57,404 nt of DNA from Nemertoderma westbladi (lineage: Eukaryota > Animalia > Xenacoelomorpha). Positions 37,681 through 50,740 of the stretch are shown here, one piece after another. The DNA lies in NCBI GenBank assembly GCA_032718475.1, contig JAUCBJ010002226.1:1-57404 (forward strand). The letters are read 5' to 3'. The position numbers were made by a program, and so were the translations under genes. The stretch's first letter is position 1. Each line of letters begins with the position of its first letter. Under the pieces are notes generated by a model. The model was not told the origin of the DNA and did no database searches. It was given only the letters and a program-made list of their open reading frames with translations.

Positions 37681-38201
37681 CACAATGTACAGTAGGCATA
37701 TTGTAACACAATGTACAGTAGGCCTATTGTAACACAATGTACAGTAGGCCTATTGTAACACAATATACAGTAGGCCTATTGTAACACAATGTACAGTAGG
37801 CCTATTGTAACACAATGTACAGTAGGCCTATTGTAACACAATGTACAGTAGGCCTATTGTAACACAATGTACAGTAGGCCTATTGTAACACAATGTACAG
37901 TAGGCCTATTGTAACACAATGTACAGTAGGCCTATTGTAACACAATGTACAGTAGGCCTATTGTAACACAATGTACAGTAGGCATATTGTAACAAAATGT
38001 ACAGTAGGCCTATTGTAACACAATGTACAGTAGGCCTATTGTAACACAATGTACAGTAGGCCTATTGTAACACAATGTACAGTAGGCCTATTGTAACACA
38101 ATGTACAGTAGGCCTATTGTAACACAATGTACAGTAGGCCTATTGTAACACAATGTACAGTAGGCCTATTGTAACACAATGTACTGTAGGCCTATTGTAA
38201 C
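37681..38201. repeat. 26 bp tandem array, ~20 copies
   Basis: Unit cacaatgtacagtaggcctattgtaa. Confidence 0.97.
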
Positions 38202-39734
38202 TATTTCATATCTAGCAGTTCTACACACTTACCGGTTACCTATCAGTCACATCCCTCAATTTAGGGACTGACTGACTGACTGACTTTATTGTAAATTTCA
38301 GTACCAATTCCTTGGATTTTTGTTTTGTTTGGTGTTAGTTAGTCAGGCCCAAATCATAATTAAAATGTTATGCAACCCAAACCCCAAGTCCCTTATCCAA
38401 TGGGGCCAACAGTAAATTCAGACAAGAATTAGATTAGTGCTGGTCCAGGTGTAGTGTCATGATAAATCTATTCAGTAAGGATTTGAACCACCAAATTCGC
38501 CTTAATTAACGAACATACAGGGCGGGTAAGGGAATAGAGAGATTCACCAGTGTGCTAAATTAAAGTAAAGTCCCATTGCAAGTCGAATGAATCGGGTTGG
38601 TGCGCTAAAAAATTTGTAGCTAGAAACAATCGAATAAGGGGTAACAAGGTGCCCTGAATCGAGTGACGGGGTATGTTTGTTGTAAAAACACGTGGAAACG
38701 GTCGAATTGGCGGGTTTAAGTAGGCAAGGGAAGCCAATTTAAAAATCGGCTGTGATTGGCTTCTATAGATTTGACGTCATTACGCAGTGCTCTTATAATT
38801 TCTTATCTTGGTTTCTATGGATAGAGATTTTCGATCAATTCAAAGACATTCAAAGTAGCTGATATAAATGTTTATAAATCGTATTTATGCGAAGATATTT
38901 AGGTTAAACTTAAATTTACATGAAATTTACAAAAAATATAATAATATAGTACTTCTTCTAATCTACAATTACTTAATTTAATATATGCTAATACTATGCA
39001 CAAAGTACACATACTATGCGCAGCACGCATCGAACATAAATAAATTTACAAATATATAAATATTATTATACTTTACTTTTGCAACACCTTTGCAAGGTGA
39101 TTGCGGACGTGTTTTATTGCCTCCGATATACATAACCTACCCATCTCAAATATGACTGGAAAGTAGTCAAAATAAAATACTGCAATGATTAAAGATGAGC
39201 ACTTTATTGCATTCTAGTCTATTACAGCCAGAGGGAAAAGTTTTAATTTACATGGATGCTTTTGTATTCATAATGGAGGACACAAAATATTGTTGACCCA
39301 TTATTGGTACAGTTTATATGAATTAAAATAAACACTGCAGGCAGACTGTTATAAACAAGCACAATAATTACTTAAGAATTATTAGTATAACCGGTACTTC
39401 CTAATTAAATACAAAACAAATACAAGATGAACTGAAACTCTATATACAGGGGGTAGATTAAACAAACTAAACTCAACTGAATTAATTAGCACAAACCTCA
39501 TTATTAAACCTTCACCCTCACTCCGAAACAATATTTAGTAAAGAAATCTAAAAAAATCCTATTCAATAATATTTTTAGCTGCAGAATGTATTTTCATCTG
39601 CCCTTATTTTTAGAATGAATAATCATAAAAAAAAAAACTAATTGCAAAATTAAAAAAAATCACGATTAATTTCGGATACCAAGACCGAAAATGAAACAAT
39701 CTACTAATTAAAAAAATTATCCAACTAAACCGAT

Positions 39735-40991
39735 TTACGCGGGTAATTTAATGTTAACGAGTTTCCCAGACGGCGAGTGAAGCGCCGATATATTCCGAGA
39801 CTGGCTGAGCATCACGTGACACCCGGACTTCACGTGATCCAACACCTTCTGTTTGAGGGCCACCACATCGGCTTCGAGTTCCCGTTTACTCGACAATAAA
39901 CCCGCGTTCGTCTTCCTCAGTTCGGCGACCTGCTCCTCCAGTGTGTCGATTCTCTCGATCTTCCGGTTACGACACTTGGTAGCTGCGACCCGGTTACGGT
40001 ATCGCTTCCGCTCTAGTTTCAGTTTCTCCTGGACCGCCATGTCGATGGTCCCGAACCCGGGCGGGATAGACACCCCGGATGACGTCATAGATGACGTCAC
40101 CATGGAGCACTGCGCTTCCGGTTGTTCGCGTTTTATACTTCCGGTCTGCTTGAGTGGCGGCGGCGGCGGGGTGGAATATGTTCCCCCTGAAGGTGACGGC
40201 GTTGCGAAGTAACCAGGGGGTCGTTGGTCTAATGACGCGGGCAGTAGACGCAGCTGATTGGTCGGTTGGTTATCCGGGACGGTGACCTCCGATTGGCTAG
40301 ATTCGAAGACCATTAGGGGTTGGCTGGTGATCATGTAAGTGTTGTATTGCGTTGTGGAAGGGAGTAAGTAGAGTGGAGGGTTTGTGGAAGGGACGATCTG
40401 GGGTAGTGGGAGGTTCTGGGACAGGGAGGGTAATGGGCGGGTCAGCGAGGATGCAGGGGGAGGGGGTGTAGGATGGGACAGGGTCACTGAACTCAGGTCT
40501 AAGTTAGAAGCGACTAAGGATGCCGTTACCGAACTAGTGGTCGACTTAGTCGAGTGGAGTCGCGCCAATTCATCAGAGAATCCTTTCACATAGTTCTCCT
40601 GGGCGCTGGTTGCCGGGGATGCGAGCAGCTGACTCGGTGTAACGACCTCGGAGGAGGTTGAGGAAGAGAACTGGAGGATCATTCTCTCGAGTTCAGGGGA
40701 GTCCATGCATAACATGTTGAGATCCGGGGTGTTTAAAGTGATCTCGGAAGGTGTTAACAGTCCGGAAACTCCGGTTACCTTCCGGCGTTTCGCTACGCCG
40801 TCCAAATCGAGGTGGAGTTTTTTGCGATCCATAGAAGAGGACGGTCGTTTAAACCCGAGATTTTTGGGGATTTTATTTGCAACGAAATCTTCGTGGAGGG
40901 CGAGTTTCTTGGGGAATCGTACGCCCTGCTCCTCTACAAACTCTTCCGGGTAAAACCCACCCATGTCAACATCCAACATATTCCTCTTCAT
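39735..40991 (-). CDS. jun: AP-1 transcription factor Jun, intronless CDS, 418 aa
   Basis: Jun N-terminal motifs LHLDL...LNTPDL..SPELERMIL...TPSQ...QENYVKGFSDEL; bZIP IDMAVQEKLKLERKRYRNRVAATKCRNRKIERI...LKQKVLDHVKSGC. Confidence 0.95.
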   Translation of the reverse strand: MKRNMLDVDMGGFYPEEFVEEQGVRFPKKLALHEDFVANKIPKNLGFKRPSSSMDRKKLHLDLDGVAKRRKVTGVSGLLTPSEITLNTPDLNMLCMDSPELERMILQFSSSTSSEVVTPSQLLASPATSAQENYVKGFSDELARLHSTKSTTSSVTASLVASNLDLSSVTLSHPTPPPPASSLTRPLPSLSQNLPLPQIVPSTNPPLYLLPSTTQYNTYMITSQPLMVFESSQSEVTVPDNQPTNQLRLLPASLDQRPPGYFATPSPSGGTYSTPPPPPLKQTGSIKREQPEAQCSMVTSSMTSSGVSIPPGFGTIDMAVQEKLKLERKRYRNRVAATKCRNRKIERIDTLEEQVAELRKTNAGLLSSKRELEADVVALKQKVLDHVKSGCHVMLSQSRNISALHSPSGKLVNIKLPA

Positions 40992-41331
40992 TTATAGCAA
41001 ACAAATAGGAGATAAGATAAATATTTAACTTGTTTCAAGTTTATTTTATTCAAATCAATATTGGAGCGATTGTTGCGTTGGTTGATATTATTATGGTTTG
41101 TAGAAGTAAATCCAAAACAATTAAAGTCCCGTTAGCTGTTGCAACAATTCCACGCCTCAGCAATAATAAAACTGAGAATACTATCAGGGAAAATACCAGG
41201 AAGTAATTCTAGCAAATAACAAATGAAATATATAAGCGTGTATAGCTGTATAAAGTACCGGTATTCACAAAGAAATAGATTGGCGGACTTTCTTTATTCA
41301 AAATATTAACGAATGGAAGAAATGTCTTGCC

Positions 41332-41692
41332 TTTATAGCTGAGTAACAAGTTAAAAATAGAATGTGACACATCCGACAAATCCTATTGGTAGGCCAAACC
41401 TTGGCAGGAAACTAGCTAACAATCTATTGGTTGCCCTAAAGGTTGCCAAGTAACGTTCACCAAAACATTGCTGATGGCGTAGGCAAATTTCGTAGTAATG
41501 CATAATGTTGCTAAAAATATCTCAATTCGAGATAACAACACAGAGCAGAAGCTTGGTGGCAGGCAAGGCGAAGTAGAGGCAGGATTCCTGTTATTCCAGA
41601 GAGCTTTGGTTGGTCAAATAAATAGGGCATGCCAAGCCTGCGTGTTAGCTGATTTCTTGGGAATAGAAAGGAATGGGGTGATGGATGACTCA
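41332..41692 (-). promoter_or_regulatory. Putative jun proximal promoter
   Basis: TATAAA (41332-41337, minus strand), MEF2 consensus TTAAAAATAG (41351-41360), AP-1-like TGACACA (41365-41371), CCAAT (41385-41389, 41426-41430), X-box-like GTTGCCAAGTAAC (41442-41454), perfect AP-1 TGACTCA (41686-41692). Confidence 0.55.
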
Positions 41693-42325
41693 TGCCTAAA
41701 CAATTTATTATAATTACAACCGCTAAAATCGTTTGGAAAATTGGGGTGTTCGTGTTTAATAAAGCCCAATATACTACGCTCAGGCTCACCTTAAACAAAT
41801 CAGAAGCGATTTCACGAATGGAACTGAAAGTTAAAATAAATAAATATTTAGCTGAAATATCCTTTCAGCTATGGAGGCAGAATAAAGAGGATGTTATCCT
41901 GCCTGTATATGGATAAGATTCATTTTCAGGGGCAATCAACAGGAAGTATTGATTCTTGGGATTGTGTTTTAATTAAACGACAGAGCGAGGACCGCTATAA
42001 ATAAACAATCACTTTATTTTTATTATTATACAATTATTGCTGCATCGTTATCGAACCTAGTCGGCATAGGACCTATCATTTACATTTAATTAAGTGAAGT
42101 ATACCAGACTTTCTGCTGTTATATTTCACCGACACCGAAAACCTACTGTATTGTATATGTCAAATGGTATTCGATGAAATACAGTAAATAAACAGTGTAG
42201 CTTAGCTTTAATGTGTTGTTCTGTTCTAAAGCAGAATTTCACTTGTGGTCAATTATTAATTGTTCCCTATCTATTTGGCGAGTAAATTACTACAGTACAC
42301 GCTCTTTTGCTTTCATATGATTGTA

Positions 42326-43345
42326 GGGCCTTACCGCCCCTTGATCTTATCGCCCCCTGGGAACTTATCGCCCCTCAAATGGTCCTTTATTGCCCCTTGG
42401 GTACATATCGCCCCCGGGTCTTTATCGCCCCTGGTACCTTATCGCCACTGTGGTAAATATGAATTTTGAAAGGGAGAAACGTTTAGGCCTACAGACGCTA
42501 CAGTAGTAAGCCAGAGGGAATGCCTGTTAACCACCACTCTGTTTCCTAAAGGAATGCGTGTTCTCCACAATGGGTGATCTTCCACAGTAAACCCTTCCAC
42601 TCTGCTTCCTAAAGGAATGCCTGTTCACCTCTGGGTGATCTTCCACATTAAACCCTTCCACTATGTTTCCTAAAGGAATGCCTGTTCACCACAATGGGTG
42701 CTCTTCCACAGTAAACCGTTCCACTATGTTTCCTAAAGGAATGCCTGTTCACCACTATGGGTGATCTTCCACAAAAAATCCTTCCACTCTGTTTCCTAGA
42801 GGAATGCCTATTCACCACCATGGGTGATCTTCCACAGTAAACTCTTCCAATGGTTCCCATTTATCGACCAGTAAAGGGTGAAACCCCCGGGTAGAGCTAG
42901 TCTATGGCATTTAAAGTCCCGCGCGCAAACAGTACTGTGACGTACGGGGATCGAACGTGGACCTTCTGAATGAAAGCCCAGATTGTTACCATTAGACCTA
43001 GCGGCTGCTTAGTCTCAGAATTGAATAGGAGTATTTCTAATTGTAGGCCTCGTCTAAAAGAAACTATTTGAGTATAAATATAACAGTAAACTTTTAACTA
43101 AAATATTTGACTTAGAGGAAGTATAGGAAAGTTTGTGGAATGTATCCTGTATATAATTATAACTTTTTGTTTTTGTTGGTTTTGTTTTGCTGTATATAAT
43201 GACAGGGGCGATAAAGGACCAGGGCGATAAAGACTCGGGGGCGATAAAGACCAAGGGGCGTAAGTTCCTAAAGAACACAGAACACAGGGACGATAAGTTC
43301 CCAACAAATATTCAATTTATAGTGACGATAAAGTTCCAAGGGGTC
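42326..43345. mobile_element. Non-autonomous DNA transposon-like element with inverted subterminal TATCGCCCC / GGGGCGATA repeats
   Basis: Repeated tatcgcccc at 42330-42448 and ggggcgata-like repeats at 43205-43332; a SINE lies inside. Confidence 0.6.
42517..43008 (-). mobile_element. tRNA(Glu)-like SINE with a ~63 bp tandemly repeated 3' region
   Basis: A box TAGGTCTAATGG (42989-43000), CTTTCA loop, B box GTTCGATCC (42948-42956); about five ~63 bp repeats at 42517-42848. Confidence 0.65.
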
Positions 43346-43384
43346 CTGCATCGTTTCACAGTGTCGGAGTTGTTCGGATTTACT

Positions 43385-44905
43385 GTACTACTACTACTAC
43401 TACTAGGATCGGCATGCTGCATTGCAGCTGCATTTTTAAGAATGCTGTGCCGGCTTGTCAACAAAATTGCACCGCCACAACTCCCTATCACCCATGACAT
43501 TTGCTAGATCATCCGCATCTTTAAGGCCAGTGTCCTTTAAGATGCGTCTCAAGAAAGTCATGGGCTGTCCACCATGCTTATTCACTCCATGAGGCTGCCA
43601 AAGTACAAGATTATGCACTGGCTGGTCCTCACGGCGAAAGCAATGTCCTGCAAAGCGGAGGCGATTTTGTTCTAGTGTCAAGCTTGGGGGAACCAATGAG
43701 ACACCTCCAATGTTATATAGTGTCTGGTTGGAGATGTGTGCATTGTACTTGACACAATGAACCCGGCGTAGCATTCTTGTGAATGTGCCATCTAGAGATT
43801 TGGTGTCCTCAGCAGTTAGAGCCCAGCATGGACTCCCGTAGAGGAGTACTGGAACTACTGCTGCTCTAAATAATCGGACCTTAAGTTTCCGATTAATTCT
43901 CGGTGACTTCCAAATCCTGGAAAGCCTATTCAAGGCTGCCCATGCCTTTCCCTTACGTATTCGAAGGTCCTCACCTGACTTCCGGATCCATGATCCCAGG
44001 TAACAGAAGTCATCCACATGCTCAAGCATACCATCCTTTGAGCTTATGCTCATCCGATCAGAGACTTGCTGAGGACTTTCAAAGTTAACTGTCAGAATTT
44101 TGGTCTTTCTGGAGTTAATAAAAAGACCAACACTAGAAGCAGCATGTTCTAATGAGCTGAGGAGCCGTTGGGCTCCCTCTAATGATTCTGAGAGTACTCC
44201 TAAGTCATCAGCAAAGTCTAGATCAGTTAGGTACTTGGCAGGATTTCCTCGACTTCTGGAGCCAGTAGGTGGAGTTATCATCACCCCATCATCATTATGA
44301 TGATCTAAGGACATGCGTAGAACATAGTCAACCACAATAATGAACAAGAATGGTGCAAGTGTGTCTCCTTGGAGGACGCCCCATAACACTTCAAATGGTT
44401 CTGTGTCACCATCAACAGTAGACACAAATGTTGTCGAACCATCGTATACTGATCTGATTGCTGCAATAATTTCATCAGGAATCCCATATAATGAAAGTAT
44501 GCTGAACATACGTGAGCGAGAGACTGAATCAAAGGCCTTGAAGAAGTCAACAAAGATAACAGCCAGATGCCTGTCTTTCTTTTTTGATAATTCTTCAATT
44601 ATCCTTCTAAGTGCCAAAATGGGCTCCATGGTCCCACGACCTTTACGGAACCCATTCTGATTTCCACGGAGCAGTCTCTCAATGGGATCCCTGATGCGAT
44701 TTAATAGAATCCTATTGTATAGCTTTGCAGCAATCGAGATTAATGAGATTCCCCGAAAAGAACCATAGAGTGTTAGGTTGCCCTTCTTGGGAACTGGCAC
44801 CAACTTATTTGTTTTCATTTCTTGTGGGACTCTTGTTGTACGGTACATGTCTACTATGATGGGATAGATGAGCTTTAAACACTCAGGTATTTTAAAGACC
44901 TCAGG
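43385..44905 (-). mobile_element. 5'-truncated RTE-like non-LTR retrotransposon; RT frame intact at 43436-44905
   Basis: VPVPKKGNL...RGISL...KLYNRILLNR...QNGFRKGR...DFFKAFDSV...GVLQGDTLAPFLF...LDFADD...FCYLGS...RLRFAGHC; (TAG)n tail at 43385-43405; no endonuclease domain present. Confidence 0.92.
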
Positions 44906-46839
44906 ATTTACTGTATTTACTGCTGAACATCACAATCACAGCCTGGTGCATGTCAGTCAGTCTGAGCGATATTGTATGCATATACCTGATGCCATTGTAT
45001 AATAAAGATATTCAATATTTAGATATAATCCTACTTCGATTTATCCATATAAGGAATTATATCTTTCAGATAACTCTGTAATTTCCCATCCCATAAATTA
45101 CAGTACAATGCAATGCAATAATACGAATCTCTCTCCGTCACATCAAACTAGCAAACACATTAACCGTTCCCATGACCAATTACTACACATACAATCGCCA
45201 AGTACTTGGAATTGCACAATACTTTGCCCCAGCGAAATGGAGACAAGTTCTTTAGCCAAATAGAAATAGCGGAATTAATTTGTCGTTTATTGGGGCACCG
45301 ATAACAATAACAACACAAGGACAACGGTTTAACGTTGGGTGACAGTGCCAGCCTACCTACGTCATAGTATCAGCCGATCGATCAGACAATAGCTGGCCAT
45401 GTGATTCCTTATAAGGCATGGTGCGATTGTGAATAATAAACAGCTAGGCTACTAAAGGAAAGGCTACTAAGGAAAGTGGTTAGCTTAATATCCCAGCGGT
45501 TATTAAACTCAAGTGACATAACGTTCTTGTAATTAGTGTCCCCTTCTATTCAGTAGGATGTACAGTTTGTGTAGTAGTGTTGTATCGTTTAGTAGTGTTT
45601 ATTGTAGATAGATGAACGTAGTCGTTTATGTTAAATATTAACTGTTATTATTTTTAATCTAATATTATTTGTAAGGACTGATTTAGGAATCGTGTTATTT
45701 CCACCCATGAGATGAATACCAGGGTCGGGTGACCGTGACAAGAAGCCCCGTTAAATAAAATTATAAGCGACACGAAACCTCAGTTAAATTTGGCGGTTTT
45801 AACTAACGGAAGCCAGCGTCTCGAAGCACCGTTACACTAACGGAGGACTCTCCGTTACGGTATTTTACACCATGCGCCAGAAACGTTTTGTATTCAATTC
45901 CTATACATAACTATTGTGTTCGGGGTTAAGAGTCGTTCACCACAGGTTTATAAAAATGAGTTATTTTGACTGTATGGCCATTTCACCCGTCACGGGCGTC
46001 TTCAGCAGTGGTAGGTATAATAATTACATTTATTAAAAAATCTATTTAGATATACAATTACAATATAGATTAACCAGTACATTCAATAAATGGAGGGCAT
46101 GGGGTGCCGATTTTACAATCGTGAACAGCATTTTATCAATCTTTATCACCATGAATTTAATTAATTGTAGTGTCATAAGGTACGTAGGCAAGCCTCTCTG
46201 CTTTCAATTTATATAAGCCACGTGTGAAATGATTGAGATTAAAGGTGTATTTGAAATTTGAATGGATCTAAAAATCACCCTCCATAAAAACCAATATAAG
46301 AAATTATCCGAGTAGTTTGTAGTTGACGTCATATCTGTAGCAGCCAATCACAGCCGATTTTCAAAATTGGCTTCCCTTGCCTACTTATACACACACTTCG
46401 ACCGTTTCCTCGTTTTTTATAAACAACTCACCCCACCAACGCAGCGCGTCCGCACATTGTTACTCTTTATTCAATTGTTTCTATTTTTTTTAGTTTAGTA
46501 TTTTTTTCGCGCACCAACCCTATTGGACAACAACCAATATAAATGGCTTATAAATGTCGCGTATATAACACAAGTGTTGCCGGTATTAATACGTAATAAG
46601 GAGATACAATTACTAGAATAGATTACTGACAATAAACCAGACCATCATGCTACAAACCGCACGCACCTACAGTAGTTACATAACTCATACCGCACAATCA
46701 TATACGCGCCAAACAGAACACCCATACACTCACCCCAGCCATGCTTACAACAAACAATTCATGCATAACCAAACAGCTTACAGTTTCTGATATACAAAAG
46801 ATACGCCACTAATTGAATGCCACCCCAAATTAGATGATT

Positions 46840-47800
46840 TAACACCAAAATAAGTTATTTTGAACCAAATATTTTTTTTTGTAGCACCAATTCGCATCCC
46901 CCAATTTTGAATATCCCTCTCACCAAAAACAATTATTCATCCCCCAAAAACAATTATCCATCCCCCAAAAACAATTATTCATCCTCCCCCAAAAAGAATT
47001 ATTCATCCCCCAAAAACAATTATTCATCCCCCAAAAACAATTATTCATTCCCCAAAAACAATTATTTATCCCCCAAAAATAATTACTTGTCAACCTAAAA
47101 AAATTATTCCAGCACCAAATATTTTATATTAACTACGCTTTGCCCAGATGCCATGCTTCAGTTAAGTATTCGTACCGATAGGCCTATTTAGTTAAAATAA
47201 CGTGGCATTGTAACCTGCTCCTGTCCCTAAATTGAGAATTTAATATTGAGGCGGGATATTAATTCGCCAAAGGAGGGTTTTGCGTCCAGCCCCCCCCCCC
47301 CCCTCCCCCCCACGTCTCGAAGTTTTTGTCTAATTTCCAGGAAGTGCTAGGCCTATTGCTGCAGTAGTATTTACTTTTGGGGATTATGTATTTATTTTGG
47401 GCGAAAATGTATTTTTATTTATGGGTGAAAATGTATTTGTTTTGGGGGAAAATGTATTTATTATGGGCGAAAATGTACGTATTTGTTTTGGGCGAAAATG
47501 TATTTGTTTTGGGGGAAGATGTATTTATTTTGGGCGAAAATGTATTTGTTTTGGGCGAAAATGTATTTGTTTCGGAAAATTTGTAATTATTTTGGGGGAT
47601 TTGTCATTTATTTTGGTGCTACTAATTGGTTTTGGGGAGCATTTATTTATTTTGGTATTGAATAATTGGTTTTGGTGTTGAATAATTGTTTTTGGTGTTG
47701 AAAAATTTGTTTTGGTGTTTGAATAATTTTTTTGGGGTCATATTATTTAATTTGGTGTAAAATAATTTTTTTGGTGAAATTTTCAACAATTTTGGGATGA
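46840..47800. repeat. Inverted pair of ~21 bp low-complexity arrays (foldback-like)
   Basis: (ccccaaaaacaattattcat)n at 46920-47095 faces (aaaatgtatttgttttgggcg)n and (aataattgtttttggtg)n at 47376-47775. Confidence 0.7.
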
Positions 47801-48282
47801 CTTTAATTGGTAGCCGATAAAATATTGTGTTGATATGTTGCAATACAGTACAACAATATCTGGAATACAAAAGGTGATGGTACTCAAGCAGAGATCTAAT
47901 AATCCGGTTGTGGTTGGATTAGATTTTTATAATAAAGTTTGGTTTAAGTTTGAAAGTTTAAATTTGAAAGAAATGTTAATTATAATTTATTGTTTATATG
48001 AATTAACGTTTATTTTTGTTATTAAATCCCCGATCAAGGTACGGAAAGAATGGAATGGTTATGTAACATGGAGCGCCCAAGGCCCCCATACCTTGGTAGG
48101 TCAATACGTGACCCCGCACCCGGGTGAATAGTGAGTCTGGTATACTTCACAAGGCACAAGGGCCTCTCTTTGTTTATTAATCCGTGCAGTTTATTTATTA
48201 TTTAATAATAATATATTTTTAGTATCTTCACCTCAATTTATTACAGTAGTTAATTAAACACATTATATATAATTTGTTACAG

Positions 48283-48480
48283 AAACGAGTTTCACGAAGA
48301 GTCCAAGAACTCGCGATCCCTAAACCCGTCGTTCCGAAGAATTTCCAAGGAAGTTATATAGGAGAAGCGTCGCTCCCGTTGGCAATTAAAAGCAGTGCGT
48401 TGCGAATTAGGAGCACACCGCGCTTAGACGAGCTAGCCAAACCACTGGATAGGTCTGTCGCGCCATCAATACGTTTGTAG
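48283..48480 (+). CDS. THEG-repeat protein gene 2, terminal exon
   Basis: Acceptor ttgttacag| at 48282 is phase 0, matching donor 34722. Encodes KRVSRRVQELAIPK...SSALRIRSTPRLDELAKP; stop TAG. Confidence 0.7.
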   Translation, partial: KRVSRRVQELAIPKPVVPKNFQGSYIGEASLPLAIKSSALRIRSTPRLDELAKPLDRSVAPSIRL

Positions 48481-49250
48481 ATTGAATGAACTCAGTTACC
48501 GTTTACACTTAGCTAAAAGACTCACATTGTCTTTCACAAATTGTATATTATCACCATACCATTTATGTAAAATAACGTCCTAGGCCTTCTCATACTTTAT
48601 TTGTTTCGTTAGAATCATTAGTGTGCGGGGATCCTTCTTGTTTTTGATATAGATATTAGTGCCAAAGGGTGAAATTAGTGCCCGGGGAGCGTATTCCCAA
48701 TCCTTACAATACTACAGTAGTAGGAACACCTCATAATATGACTCGTGGGATTGGTTAAAGAACAACAATATTGATTGGGCGTTGAAATCATCTAAGGAAT
48801 GGAAAGAGGGGTCGAACTACAGTAGGACTAGTGCAAGGCCATCTACTGTAAATAAGTTGTTTAGAGGGCCTTGGCCTAGTGTAAGGATTTTTCTCTCGGC
48901 TCTCGGCTCGCAATATAAAATGTTCCAAACGCTGAAAGGAATGGAGAAAGTGTGCGAAATTATGTAATGATAATTTGCGAAATATTAGTTGACAATATAA
49001 GAGATCGAAATTCAAATTGCAACAACCAGTACTGTTGTGCATTATAATGTACGTACATTGCTCATGGGGATACAGTTAAGGAATGCTGTCGTATAAGGTA
49101 TTAATTTACCGACAATTATTGTAGATCAATCGATTTCCAGATCGAATCAGATCTATTTTCAGAGAGGATCCCTTGGGTTGCCTCCGGTGGTTCACATGTT
49201 CACCACTTCACCGATCACAGTGATCCAATAATATCATGAATTTACTGTGA

Positions 49251-50740
49251 TGCGACCCTGGAGAGTGTATGTTTGTGTTTGCGACCCTGGATGTGCGACC
49301 CTGGAGAGTGTATGTTTGTGTTTGCGACCCTGGAGAGTGTATGTTTGTGTTTGCGACCCTGGATATGCGACCCTGGAGAGTGTATGTTTGTGTTTGCGAC
49401 CCTGGATGTGCGACCCTGGAGAGTGTATGTTTGTGTTTGCGACCCTGGATGTGCGACCCTGGAGAGCGTATGTTTGTGTTTGCGACCCTGGAAGTGCGAC
49501 CCTGGAGAGTGTATGTTTGTGTTTGCGACCCTGGATATGCGACCCTGGAGAGTGTATGTTTGTGTTTGCGACCCTGGATGTGCGACCCTGGAGAGTGTAT
49601 GTTTGTGTTTGCGACCCTGGATATGCGACCCTGGAGAGTGTATGTTTGTGTTTGCGACCCTGGATGTGCGACCCTGGAGAGTGTATGTTTGTGTTTGCGA
49701 CCCTGGATGTGCGACCCTGGAGAGTGTATGTTTGTGTTTGCGACCCTGGAGAGTGTATGTTTGTGTTTGCGACCCTGGATATGCGACCCTGGAGAGTGTA
49801 TGTTTGTGTTTGCGACCCTGGATGTGCGACCCTGGAGAGTGTATGTTTGTGTTTGCGACCCTGGATGTGCGACCCTGGAGAGCGTATGTTTGTGTTTGCG
49901 ACCCTGGATATGCGACCCTGGAGAGCGTATTTTTGTGTTTGCGACCCTGGATATGCGACCCTGGAGAGTGTATGTTTGTGTTTGCGACCCTGGATATGCG
50001 ACCCTGGAGAGTGTATGTTTGTGTTTGCGACCCTGGATGTGCGACCCTGGAGAGTGTATGTTTGTGTTTGCGACCCTGGATATGCGACCCTGGAGAGTGT
50101 ATGTTTGTGTTTGCGACCCTGGATATGCGACCCTGGAGAGTGTATGTTTGTGTTTGCGACCCTGGATATGCGACCCTGGAGAGTGTATGTTTGTGTTTGC
50201 GACCCTGGATATGCGACCCTGGAGAGTGTATGTTTGTGTTTGCGACCCTGGATATGCGACCCTGGAGAGTGTATGTTTGTGTTTGCGACCCTGGATGTGC
50301 GACCCTGGAGAGTGTATGTTTGTGTTTGCGACCCTGGATGTGCGACCCTGGAGAGTGTATGTTTGTGTTTGCGACCCTGGATGTGCGACCCTGGAGAGTG
50401 TATGTTTGTGTTTGCGACCCTGGATATGCGACCCTGGAGAGTGTATGTTTGTGTTTGCGACCCTGGATGTGCGACCCTGGAGAGTGTATGTTTGTGTTTG
50501 CGACCCTGGATGTGCGACCCTGGAGAGTGTATGTTTGTGTTTGCGACCCTGGAGAGTGTATGTTTGTGTTTGCGACCCTGGATATGCGACCCTGGAGAGT
50601 GTATGTTTGTGTTTGCGACCCTGGATGTGCGACCCTGGAGAGTGTATGTTTGTGTTTGCGACCCTGGATATGCGACCCTGGAGAGTGTATGTTTGTGTTT
50701 GCGACCCTGGATGTGCGACCCTGGAGAGTGTATGTTTGTG
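49251..50740. repeat. 43 bp compound tandem array (29+14 bp), ~35 copies
   Basis: gcgaccctggagagtgtatgtttgtgttt plus gcgaccctggat(a/g)t. Confidence 0.97.
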
